This document shows positions 12,901 to 25,000 of a stretch of 64,000 nt of DNA, one piece after another (within the stretch, counting starts at the first letter, position 1; each line of letters starts with the position of its first letter). A model generated the notes under the pieces. The model saw only the letters and a program-made list of their open reading frames with translations. It was not told the origin of the DNA and did not search any database. Where the stretch lies: the NCBI GenBank assembly GCA_024704765.1, contig JAKMXF010000177.1:62001-126000 (forward strand), given 5' to 3'. The stretch comes from Oopsacas minuta. Lineage: Eukaryota; Animalia; Porifera. The position numbers and the translations under genes were made by a program.

Positions 12901-15392
12901 TGACCTGATTTATTTCTTACTATGTCCTCGGACTCCAGAGGTTATTTTATGCTCCAATGATCTTAGGGATGTGAAGTTATAAATGATTTTGAACAGCTCT
13001 AAATAGTGAAAACTAATGCTTTTACCCATCTATATACATCGATCATTTAATTAGAAAACACCTCTAAATAGTGAACCGAAGGTGTTCATTATAGAGAAGT
13101 TGTATTTACATTTTCTGAGATGTGAATTTATACGACATCCTTAAAATATCCACTGTCGGGTTCCCACACAATTTATCACAGTACAATTCAGATACAATAC
13201 CAGATGTGCAATTAACCTCATAGAAGATTAACTTGATTTGAACTTATCGACTCATTACAATTCAAGATACCTGATGTGTACTACTTTTGTTGGTGTTTAA
13301 TGTGTTGTTTTGTGCTTGTCAAATCACAGATTTATTCTTGAGTTACTTTGGAATTGTTAAATAACATATTCACCGATTTGACATAGTGAATACGTCAAAT
13401 TGCTATTTACCCTGTATTACATTCTAGTTATACATTAGTTTGCGGTATTGATATAAAATAGATTCAGAGACGCAAAAACAATCTTATAACTTGTTAAATT
13501 ATCACCATGGATGTGTTCGCAGATGAAATTATTACTGGCCCAAAGTGATTAAACCTAACCATAATTATATCTATGACTGACCCATAGTTGTTATATTCAA
13601 TATTCAACATATTAACACATTATAGTCAAACCGGATCTTATAACTTCACTGTATTGACACACTACTATGCAAACATTTGGTTATTTTTCACTAATTCAAT
13701 ACACGAACATTTTACTATTTCTTCATTGAAACCTTATCGGAAGAAGGTGACCTGTGTGGTTCCAGGGTGTAAATCAATTTAGATAGCCAACCAAATCGTA
13801 CAACCTCATTTTCATTTCATAAAGAGAAGGATTTCGCGCCATGTGGTTTAAGACTATTCCAAGACCGCAAGAACACTACGAGGAAAACAAGTCCTTACAG
13901 GTATGCAAATTACACAAATTTTACTCAGTTTGTAATTCCTTTTATTCAATTACTTCTACATTTTAAGTATATATCCTCCACTTCAACGATGAAGATACTG
14001 GGAAGAATTTTGAATATTTTGATGGTGAAAGGACAGTCTTGATACCCCGAGAAAGGATAAGATTAAAGAAAATGGTGGTATCAAGTATCTTTTCTAATTG
14101 CCCAAGCTATTTAACAGACACGACAGAAAAGCATACAAGACTATCAAGAGACTAAAAAGACGAGATAATACTTCAAGTAGCTTTCAGGATGAGCCGAACA
14201 TATAACAAGACTAAATTAAATTCGTAGTTTATTCATAGCTGATTTGTTAACTATTTTAGACTTAATTGACCTAGAAAACGGTTGGGTTACGTACAATCTA
14301 GGAACTGAGTTGTTTTACTTCCTGAAAATAGTAAATTGGATAACGTACCATCCGTTGAACGAAACCTCACTATTGATTTTGATGAAATACTCAAGGACTC
14401 ATGAGAAAACATGAAATCCAATTGTTAGTAAGGAAGATACATGATATCCGTCAAATTGAAACGATTATGAGTGAAATTTATTGTTATTATACCACAAAGT
14501 TCTACCGCCATCAATATTCCAATAAATAATAATATAGAATGTACAATTAATGAAATCGACTGCTCAATTACTAAATTAGATCTACATGAAAATAGCGATT
14601 TTGATATAGAAAACTCCAGTTCAACGAGAATTAGACTCAATTTCCTTGTAGATCAATTGAGATATTTAATCACTGAAAAACATCCAAGGCACTATACTGG
14701 CTATAATATTCTTTCACAAGTATTTGCATTGGAAGTATATGGAATATCACCTGCTTGTTATCGACTCATTCAGTCTTCGAATTGCTTAATTTTCCCCACG
14801 AGAGGTATATTTTAAAATTAAAAAATTCTATTAGCTTAGAAAATGAATACTTAAACGTTCTCAAGGAAACTGCGTTAACATTATGTCTAATAGATCGTCA
14901 CGTAATTATTCAAGTGGATGAAGTGGATATCCGTTGTGATGCTATTTACAAAGTGAGTAAAATTGTCAGATCTATTGAAAACCCTGAAGATCCTCCGACC
15001 ACTGTTTTTCTGTAACGGTATCAAGATTGGCGATAGCATATTCAACCATTGTCCATTTGATAACGCTTGGCTCATCGTCAGGAAAGATCTTTTTCCCCAT
15101 TATCAGAAAATGACTTTAGATATTGAGAGTTGTAATCTGTTTGTTGAAGCGATTTGTACTGATAACTATCCTCTAAATGCTAGTTTATTTAAGGAGTCTT
15201 GCCGCGAACTTTGTATTACGGTATGGGCTATTTTCTAAAGTATATGCTATTCTACTTCCTTAATGTATTCCAGTTCGTTGGACTTGCCAAACTAAGAGAT
15301 AATAATCATAAACCCCGATGTATCTAGTGTGTATTACGAATTGGGCATGAAAAGGTGGCAAAAGTCCTCCCATATGCGTAACATTAAAGTTC

Positions 15393-15719
15393 GGGACATA
15401 TTTTCTAATGTTTTTTGAAGAAGGACTATTGCCTAAGACCTATAAATTGTTATATATGCTTACCATATGTAGTTCTAATTTCTGGACCACAATTAGGCCC
15501 GAGTACCGCTCCAATAAGAAGATATTAACGGTTGAAGGGGGGTTTGGTAAAAATAGGCTAAAATCGGAGTCCGCAGGACTTAGGGTGGGATATCATGAAA
15601 ATTATTCGTTTATTCATTCTAAATGTGGTCCAGATTTCAGATAACATTGTATAAATGCTTCCCCAAAATTTCAGAGCATAAGAATTAGTCTTTCTTCAAA
15701 AAATAATAGACTATGTGGC
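15393..15719. repeat. Degenerate foldback MITE
   Basis: Imperfect inverted arms (TTTTTTGAAGAAGGACTA / TAGTCTTTCTTCAAAAAA; CTGGACCACAATTAG / CTAAATGTGGTCCAG). Confidence 0.45.
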
Positions 15720-15790
15720 GAAAAACATAGTTTTGAGATAATTGAAGTTAATGATTCATAAAATATATTTTTTGAATATATACATATTAT

Positions 15791-15851
15791 AGTGGTGTTT
15801 CGTCCCGCTAGGACTCATCAGTTAAGCTATGCCTTGTCTTAAGACAACACT
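15791..15851 (-). ncRNA. Type III hammerhead ribozyme
   Basis: Minus strand: AGTGTTGTC^TTAAG-ACAAGGCATAG-CTTAA-CTGATGA-GTCC-TAGCG-GGAC-GAA-ACACCACT. Full CUGAUGA/GAAA core, GUC cleavage triplet, 5-bp stem I, 4-bp stem II, 8-bp stem III with one mismatch. Confidence 0.88.
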
Positions 15852-16217
15852 TTCTTTTAACTGTTAACAAACAATAAAAAATAAGTCAAAAGGTGTGACA
15901 ATTTAACTCAAGACTGGGGTACAGCATGGAGATTATCAAGTGATCAATCAAGCCCACTGTCCAGTTCTGTACATCTCTGATAGAAATGTCAAAAGGAGCA
16001 AATAAATATTGTATAAGACTAAGTATAGAAGTGTAAAAGATATTATTAGAGCTAAAAATACATTCACTATTGTATCTAAGCAAAGCTATAACATGGTGTT
16101 TATACTACCCAAGTAGTAGAAATTACGTAAATACGAGTATGCACATACTCTGTTATGCATATTCTCTAAGAAAGTATCATATAAATTGCATTGTATATAG
16201 CAATAGCATAACGAGTA

Positions 16218-16590
16218 ATGTCACAAATTCAAGAACTCAAAAATTTTATTTCTATCGCTCAGCACCCCCAGAATCGGGAGGCCTTAATCAAGATTCTCGG
16301 AGACGTGAAAAGGGAGAAACATGAACGTGAGCAGGTCGCTCGCGTCTTTGCAAAATGGAAACGTTTTGCAAGGGGGCGACGATCGCGACGTTCAATGCGG
16401 CCCATTCCACGTGCTAAGAGGGTCAAGGCCAATGATCTACGTATACAGTGGGCATTATTTTGGTGGAGTTCTTCCGCCCAATGTCAATCTGATGCGTATG
16501 CATTGCGAACTTTCCGTGAGGAAAGTGACCGACGCAGGTTCTGGGAGGCTTCGTAGCGAGCTGGCTTTTTTTAAAGCCCGCAGGAAATGA
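16218..16590 (+). other. GC/CpG-rich island with two overlapping ORFs of unknown function
   Basis: ORFs 16218-16556 and 16321-16590 overlap around a G-run (GCAAGGGGGCGAC). Composition is visibly different from the flanks. No domain recognised. Confidence 0.25.
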
Positions 16591-16992
16591 TGAATCTGAT
16601 CCTGCGTCATTTTTACACAAAAGAGTAAATGCATGAATTAATAATAACTTGGGATCAAATATATAATTTTTGAAAAAATGACTATTTTTGGAAGATGACG
16701 TCACAAATTGTATATAACTCACACTAGAATACTCGGATTTGAAAAATTTCAATGTAGGAATGATAATAATACATGTGAGTATGTTTCCAAATAATAAACT
16801 CAATAAAACAAATTTGCCTAATAAATGACCAAATTTCGCGGCAAGACACCTTAAATTATTCTCAAACGACTCGCAAACTTTGCAATCCAAAGTAAAACAT
16901 CCTTGTGACCCTTTGAGATACCTAATACTACGAGCCTTTGGCACATCGCTTCGCGATAAACTCAGCGCATTGCGCCTCAAGGTATTCAAATG

Positions 16993-17397
16993 ACAAACAA
17001 ACAGTCAAACAACAATTGAGATTTAATGATATATTGATTTGTTTACAATACCATATTCGAACTCAGCTTACTTGATTACCTCAGTAATGTCGTTCTAAGT
17101 ATGATTCTACATCAATTTTGAAATTTGTTTACTTTGTATTCATATAAACAATAATAAATTTACATATGATTAATCCAAAAGTGTGAAAATCGGATTCAGC
17201 ATGTTCGATATATTTGGTGAAATTTAATTGAATTCTATTTAATTCCTTGATAAACACGATAAATACATAGTTATGAGACAATTTCGAAATTGCATACCGC
17301 AAATCAGTTCCTTAACAACGGACAAACAAACAGACAAACAAACAAACAGACAGACAAACAAACAAATAGACAACAATTGAGATTTAATAATATAGAT
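16993..17397 (-). mobile_element. Helitron/Helentron-like non-autonomous repeat end with (AAAC/AGAC)n microsatellite
   Basis: Same modules and terminal CAATTGAGATTTAATAATATAGAT as 3829-5415. Confidence 0.5.
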
Positions 17398-19060
17398 TTT
17401 TTGATATTGTCCATATAAAAATATCAATTCGTAATAATTAGCTAAATTTTTTTACCATGACAAGACATGTTTTTACCCTTGTTTGATGATTGTGTTGAAG
17501 ACAATTCACAAATTGTGACTTCCCCCAATAGTCTTTATATCTTTATTCAAATCAAAGATATTATTCATAATTCTATTGATCATCCATCATTATATCCACA
17601 TGTTTGTACAGCTACTTTCGAGGACATAAGAACTGTATTTAAATCAGATGTGTATAATGTTCTCAAGAGAATACAAAAACCATCTTCAAAAGCATTTGGC
17701 CATCCAATTAGAAAGGCAAAATGTTAACTTGGCGCTTAAGATATTCCACGAATCAACTTTTAGTGCGATCCTCGCTTACAAATTAGATACAGGAATTGCC
17801 GAAAATAATCAAACTGTTGCATTTTGAACTTAATTAGTATTATTTGGGACATTCTGAATGTTAAATTGGTTGGAAAACATATTCGCTTCAAAAATGCATA
17901 TTCTGCTCGCTTGTATCCTAACGATTCTCGATTATGTTTCATTCGAAAAGTGGTAATATGGTTATATTGTTTGAAAATCTACTTTTTAAATTTGGTAAAC
18001 TAACATCCCAAACGTTCGCAAGTTATAGGCACATTTATATGACACTACCTCTCCTAATTGACCGCCTTACTTCTGAATGTAATTTCAAATATCTATTGTC
18101 AGCTAGAATCCAAAATGACCCATTAGAATACCATTTCGGTCTCTATATACAAATGTATGGTGCTCATTACCACATAACATATTGTCAAATATTAGAAAGT
18201 GAAAGAAGACTTCAACTTTCAAATATTTTAAAATTATTTCCGCAGAAGTACATTTTGATGTTTCTGACAAACCTTATCTCTGAAAAATTATATACACAAA
18301 TATGCAGAAAATGTTAGTATGGAAAGTTCATATACCGATAAAGATATTCAATTTTATGTTGAGACACTTCAATTTATTCAATATCCTCAAATACTTCCAT
18401 CTCAGGTTGAATTTCTTACATTTGTTTTTATTCCTACTGAAATCTAATGAATGTCCTGATTGTCATAAATTTTAACACTAGATAAACAGATGGAAATTAT
18501 TTATGAGATAGACTCCCAATATACCCTCATTGATATATTAGACAGGGGTTCGCTTAAATATCCATCGATTTCAGTTAGCGATTCTGTCAATATTGTAAAA
18601 GAAACTTTTATGAAAATAGCTAATTTTGAAATTTTAAATAAACATTTCTTTTCGGGTCCGTGTCGTTCTATATTAGTATATTTGAGTATTATGATTATTC
18701 AAGATAGGTTTGACGAGAAATGGAGAGAATGGTGTGATTGCAAGGTCTGGCAATGGGATATATTAAAAAGATTTTTAAAACCGTTTCTAATTATATTCTC
18801 TCAAAGAAAGTTAAAAATTATAATTCTATGGTCATGAAGTCCGACAATTGGAAGCTTAAAAATATAGCAGCTAATTTTTTCTGTTTTTTCCTAGATACAT
18901 GTCTACAGATGATTGTTTAGAATAGATGTTGCTAGTTTATTAAAGAAGATAGTTTTCAAAATAGATGAATGAAGTCTTTGAACGTTTCGTGTACAAGCAT
19001 GACTACATACCATAGAGTCACAGATTCCTACTAGTGCAAATATTTCAGATTTACTACATA

Positions 19061-21393
19061 CAGTATGTCCTCTCTAATAGTCCACCTACTGGCAACGGTA
19101 GTTGAGGTGGACTATTACAGGTATTGGACTATTAGAGTTTAACATGTGTAAATACCGAAATTAATGTGCAGTATATACATATTTATACATCACATGAAGT
19201 GTCCAATTGTGGAACAAAATACTCCCTAAGGACAGTTTGCTTTGAGTTTAGGTCCTTTTTCTCAGCTTTCAAGTCTAGGCATTTGCGATACACCCTTGTG
19301 AGCATATAAGTAGCTTCATCTTCATCTAATGATGACATTATTTGTATAACCTTCTCAACCATTTCAATGCCTTCAGTAATGTTCACACTATTGAGAGCTT
19401 CCATTCGAGTAAGAGGTTGTACTTCAGAATCCGAATCATCATCTGCACTTAATGGATCTGGCGGTATGTCCACGCTACTAGGATCTATCTCCATTGAAGT
19501 TTCAGTTGCACCATCGTTTCCTGCAGTGGGTTGCACATCTTCTCGTTCAAGTGCCATTTGAACTTCATCTTGTTTAACAAGATCACCATCTTCGATATCA
19601 AACCAGTCATTTAGTACATCAACGAGACCTGCAGGATCATTTTTAGCTTGCCATTGAAGAGCAACAAACTCTCCAATGAAATGCTCTCTCCCTATTGCAG
19701 GAGGAGGTTGATCATTGTCATCCTGGCTCGAGGGTTGACTGCTGATAGTTGCATGCTGCAACAAACTACTTAACTCTTCAACAGCTGGCAGACTCAATGG
19801 TCGACGATAAGTCTCAAGACCCTCTACATGACATGTAGGCAGAATGTCTGCTTTCAACCAGCAATTTAGTAGAGTTGACTGGTTCATTGATTCCCACACC
19901 TCGTGCGCTATTGTTGCAGCATCTAAGAGGTTCGGTGGGTAAGCATGATTTAGCCCTCTAACTCCTGCTGTAATGGAGGCTCCAATTGCTCGCAATTCAT
20001 CATACCTTTCAAGGTTTTTAACCATTGAATGTAGCATGTTGGACTTGTACTTCCTCTTAAGTGCAGCGATAATGCCCTGATCCATAGGTTGATGGACTGA
20101 TGTACAGTTTGGTGGTAGCAAAACCCACTTGACCTGTGGGTCTTGAAGAGCAGCATCAGTTTCATCATGGGAACCAAAGTTGTCAGCTATCAGAATGACT
20201 GGTCTGGATGTCCTCTTTCGAATTGCTGGCAGAAAGACATCATGGAACCACCATTTAGTCAGTACATGATCATTCCATGCATTCTTCTGCGAGTTGTATG
20301 GCAAAGGAGATGGACATGTTCGAAAGCAACGAGGCTGGGCTGCCTTCCCAATCATAGCAAGAGGAATCTTGTGTGTGCCTATTGCATTAGTGCACGTGAT
20401 AAGGGTGACACGATCCTTTGCTTTTTGAGCTTTAGTTCCCCGTGTACGTCGTCGCTGTTCATTTGGTGCAGTATACGTTGCACTAGGAATCAATCTAAAG
20501 TACAAGCCAGTTTCATCCCAGTTGTATATAAGCTCTGGGTCATACTCCTCTAGCATTTTTTTAATTTCCTGGATCCTCTCTTTAATATCTTTTGGGTTTA
20601 CGTCGCCTATGCAGGCGAACACTCTTTCCTATGCTGTTTCTTTTCATCAGCTTTTGCCACCAACCATTTGATGCTTTAAACTCATGTTCACCAAGGGATT
20701 TGGCCACTTGTTCAGCATACACCTTTATAATACTCAAAGAAATAGGCATAGGTTTGCGTCTGTTACGAAGAAGAGAAACAAATGCTACTACTTTTTCTTC
20801 TATAGCCCTATACTTGATCTCACGATTACGTCGAAGATCACCAGATGTCGTAAGAAGTTGTTGCTTGAGCTTCTTTGCACTCCACAAAACTCGGTTTATC
20901 GTCTTTACAGTGACATTATGCTGTTTTGCAAGCATAGTCTGGTTAACTCGGACCAAGGTGGATTCTACAGAGTTGGGTTGAAAGCCACTTTTTAGTGCTT
21001 GATCAATCACATCACATTTCTGCTTCAGTGTAAGCTCAACCCTTTGCTTCTTTGCAGCAAGCTGAGCTGTGGTGTATTTCTTGCCTTTTCTTGTTGAAGC
21101 ACCTCTTAGGTGAATAGGTTGCTTTCGACCAGGAGCCATTGCTAAAAAACTGAGCTAGAAAACTGAGCTAGAACTAAAACAGGCTAGCAGCTGTCAGCAG
21201 TGCAGGTTTTAACAAGCAGCTGCCAGATTCTAAATAGTGCCTGTTTTAACAAGCAGCTGCCAGCACTGCAGTGCACTCTGTACACTTATGTAACATTGTT
21301 TACACCTACAAATACAAATGGGTTTTGGGTATCTGCTAGACTATTAGGGGATTTGGACTATAAGGGAGGTGGACTATTAGAGAGGACATACTG
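19061..21393 (-). mobile_element. Complete Tigger/pogo DNA transposon
   Basis: Perfect 27-bp TIRs CAGTATGTCCTCTCTAATAGTCCACCT with a TA TSD on both sides. Subterminal GGACTATTA repeats. Confidence 0.95.
19183..21139 (-). pseudogene. Tigger/pogo transposase (CENP-B-like HTH + DDE_1) with a single frameshift at ~20610
   Basis: ORF 20582-21139 has HTH_psq-like and HTH_Tnp_Tc5 motifs (FKASNGWWQK). ORF 19183-20622 has NWDETG, ADNFGSH and QPMDQG. The junction reads ...VRLH|AGGCGAC where HGEAGD is expected. Confidence 0.9.
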
Positions 21394-21639
21394 TATCACT
21401 GTTGATCATTGTTAGGGTAGTTAATATATAATTGTACTATAGTTGTTTATCCTCAATATTGTACAATATGGTTTAATTCTTCATTAACAACTATAAGGGA
21501 TAAATATAAGAATGGGAAAAATTACAGTGAAACAAATATATTTAAACATTTTACAGATTTGGTTCATTGAAACTTGGCTAAGTGGATGTGCTATAACTTG
21601 GTATTTAAGCTTGCTTGAATATTATACCTAACTTATGTT

Positions 21640-21701
21640 AACCAATCCATGGTCCAAGAATTTTAGTTAGTGCCATTGCCTTTGTATATTAGAATGCTAT
21701 G
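21640..21701. repeat. Right TIR of P-like copy 1
   Basis: CAATCCATGGTCCAAG...GCCATTGCCTTTGTATATTAGAATGCTATG closely matches the right TIR of copy 2 (52400-52459). The left TIR of copy 1 was not found. Confidence 0.7.
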
Positions 21702-21708
21702 CTCTAGT

Positions 21709-23693
21709 GGGATACTGACAAATGACTACATGGACAAGTGACTACAAGATAGTTGGGGAAATGGACACATAAACAACAAAGAACTTCAAGGGTGTCCTCT
21801 ATTATTGTATTTATTGAAAGAATACTTACTAATTGGTTCATCTAAGTTGCTTCAGCTAACAATTCCTAATAATAATGGATTGTTTCCACATAACACTTAA
21901 CAAATAGACAAGACTAAAAATAGGCAGTTTGGCAATATATATGTATATATATATATATATGTATATACGTATACGTATACGTATACGTATACGTATATTC
22001 TATTTGCAATCTCTAAATTTGTTGGTATTATTTTGATGGCTGAGCCAAATACAGAACCAAGTCAGTTCAGGTTGATCAGATCGTGAACTATCCGAAAGGA
22101 GTGTGATCAACTTGTCGAAGGCGGTTTTATCTATATTAAACAGAGAGTAATTGGGGATGTTACACACTGGCAATGCGAGAAAAAAGGTTATGTAAAGGAA
22201 GGCTCCATACTAAAATGGATGAAATTGTAAAGCTTACTGGAGAGCATCTTCATAGTCCAGACATATTGGCTGTCAATTGCTTAGAAGTGAAGGATTGAAT
22301 GAAACGTAAAGCCCGTCAACCACATGACACAACTCATCATATTCTTGGAGACTAATCGGGGATAATTACTGGTACAACGGCTGCAAAATTACCAAAACTT
22401 GGTAGCATGAAATGTAACATTCGTAGAGAAAGGCATGTACGAGATATAGTTCCCGTTCAACCAGAAAGTCTTCATGATCTTGCCATTCCTTATGAGATTA
22501 CGTTAACCGCTAAAGAGGAAGACTTTCTATTATATGATTCCGGTCCTGAACTAACCAGAATTCTAATAATTGGGACTCAGAAGAACTGTAACATGCTAAT
22601 ACCATCCAATTTTTGGCTAGCAGATGGAACTTTCAAAACAGCGCCTCAACTTTTCGCTCAAGTATATACAATACACGCGTTACGTGGAGGTCCAAACCCT
22701 CTACAAGATGGCCACCTTTACTTTACCTCTTTATACTATTACCCAATAAGACCGAAGCAACATGCACTCGAATGTGGGAAAGTATCAGAATCGTTTGTCC
22801 TACAGCATCTCCAACAAGCATGATTATGGATTTTGAAAAGGCTGCAATCAATGCCTTTCAGATGGAATGGCCAACAACTACAGTAAAAGGCTGTTTCTTT
22901 CATTTTCCGCAAAATGTTTAGCGTAAAATTCAGGAATTAGGACTCCAAACAGACTATTTGAACGATGAACAATTAGCTCTTCGTCTAAGAATGCTTCCTG
23001 CACTTGCTTTTGCGCCTCCACTTGAAGTTCAAGAACTCTTCCCTCAAGTAATAGAACAACTGGATATACCAGCTTCTCTGGAACTTGCATTGTATTTTGA
23101 GAATACCTACATAGGTCGAACAGTCCCCGGCGGAACACAGTTAACACCATTATTTCCCATTGAGATGTGGAATCATCATTACGGTGTACCTCAGGGGATA
23201 CCTCATACAAACAATGTTGTAGAAACATGGCACAGAGCCTATAATTTTACTATTGGTTGCCACCATCCGGATATATGGAATTGGATTATCGCAATCAGAC
23301 GAGAACAAGGATTGGTTGAAGTAAAGCAGGCTAAATTTTTAACGGGGGATGAGCCATCTAAGAGAATAAAGAATTCGCTAATGATGATGGATTGACCAAC
23401 CTTGTGTTCTTAGTTACTTTCACCGATCCCAAATAGAATTCCTCCAAGGGGTTGCACACAGATTATCTTTTAGCACAAATTAGGACGAGTTATAGGATAT
23501 ACTACTATGATACTATATCTTTACTTATGCATCATTACTTCGTCCTTTGTTATTTTGACTTATTATTAAATTTAGTAGTATATATATACACATCACTTTA
23601 AATCAGTAGAAAACATGTATCTATATCACAAAGTACCGGAAGTGTAATATTTATCATGTAGTCATTTCCATGTAGTCATTTGTCCGTATCCCC
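21709..23693 (+). mobile_element. MULE (Mutator-like) element with decayed FLYWCH + MULE transposase (~22060-23395)
   Basis: TIRs GGGATACTGACAAATGACTACATGG / CATGTAGTCATTTGTCCGTATCCCC. Motifs WLADGTFKTAPQLFAQVYTIH, MDFEKAAINAF, GCFFHF and TNNVVETWH. Frameshifted. No clean TSD. Confidence 0.9.
21935..21997. repeat. (TA)n + (TACGTA)n microsatellite inside the MULE
   Basis: Direct reading: TATATATATG...TATACGTATACGTATACGTATACGTATACGTAT. Confidence 0.9.
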
Positions 23694-25000
23694 TAAGTGG
23701 AATCATTGTAAAGAGAAATTGGGCGTGCTTGGAATTAGCTATTAGTGGAGAAATTGCAAATGCATGACGAAAATTCCCTGAATTGTGGAAAGAATGTATC
23801 CAAGCTAAAGCTAAACAATTTCAGTAGCTAGTCTCACAGAAAGTTCTAAATTTTATATTAAGTATTAATTAGAGAGTAAGTTAAATAGCAATGTCAACTT
23901 TGATGGTCATATCTTTGCTAATCTTAGTTATGATAGGATTCAAAACTATATTAGGTCGGTCGCTTGCGAGGTCGCTAAGCGACGTTCAGCAATACACTCA
24001 GCACTATGCGCCTCGGCTAAATGCCATTCAATGTAGATTTGGGAAAACTGCATAGCATCATTTACAGGGTGATCCATAAGTTCTGTAACAAATTTCAAAT
24101 TTCAAAAAATATGTTAGAACTGGATAAATATCGCTGAATCATTTACCATATCTAAACTCAGCCCACACAAATTCTGTTAAATTTGTGTTGTTTACTTCTA
24201 AATGATTATCCGTGTGCTTAATTAATTGTCCTAAATATTACCAGAATATCTATGAATTTGATGTGAGATTCATGAGCGGATCCCAAAAATGTTCAAAAGT
24301 GGGTCATCAATTTAAGCGACCATAGCGGGCCATTTATAAGGGAACGGGCTTGAACCCCTGAATCTTTGACTTCGATATTTAGAGGTCAATTTCATGCTAA
24401 TTCCAATATACTAGTACTTTAGAATTGTCACTATTTCGAATTGACTCCTTGATTGCAGTTATGTACATATGTACAAGGATTTCATTTTTGATAAGGATTG
24501 ATTTCTCTATTGACCACATTCATGCAATGTCTTTGGCTGGTGTAATTCCCCTGTAGAAGTATTTAGGGATTTCAAAGAAGGGCGAGGGCAGCGGGCGAGA
24601 AAATTTTGGGTCTCAGAGGCATTTGGGAAACTTACAGTTGAAAATTGGGACTCAATATAGAGATAAAACTGAAATATGTTGGCAGGTATGCGAGCAAATT
24701 GACTTTCTTTGCCCATGAAGGGAGGATGCAGCCCTTCTGACTTCTCCCATACAGATATTACATGATAGTTATGAATCCTGACCTGCCCATTTTGAAAATT
24801 GCTCCAATATTTCATAATTGTTCTGAGCTGTGTGATGGATTTGTGATTGTTCGGTTGGAAGTCAGGGTCCCTGATTTGATTATTACTCTATTCAGTATCT
24901 CCTTCCTAGTATGTATCCATATTTCTATTCTATATAATATTCTAAAGAACTATTTAGCGCTATTTATATATTCCTTAACTTTTATCATTCACATCTATTT

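Larger units (their letters stand above)
13741..18920 (+). pseudogene. P-element-like THAP transposase pseudogene (copy 1), split by insertions at ~15210-17460
   Basis: THAP start (TCVVPGCKS), IIQVDEVDI, CTDNYPLNA and, after the gap, LSARIQNDPLEYHFG...ILESERRL. Clearly paralogous to copy 2 at 50470-52030. Confidence 0.85.

Noticed and set aside
16423-16989. 188-aa minus-strand ORF as a real gene
   Set aside because: It starts at a TTG within a repeat, spans compositionally unrelated segments and has no recognisable motif.
20582-20622. Programmed ribosomal frameshift in the Tigger transposase
   Set aside because: No slippery heptamer, and conserved residues (GEA) are missing, which indicates a deletion.
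21700-23702. 9-bp TSD for the MULE
   Set aside because: The flanks (GCTCTAGTG versus CCTAAGTGG) match only partially, so no TSD is claimed.
24300-24400. tRNA gene or tRNA-derived SINE (minus-strand GGTTCAAGCCC B-box-like motif)
   Set aside because: No A box or cloverleaf could be built.
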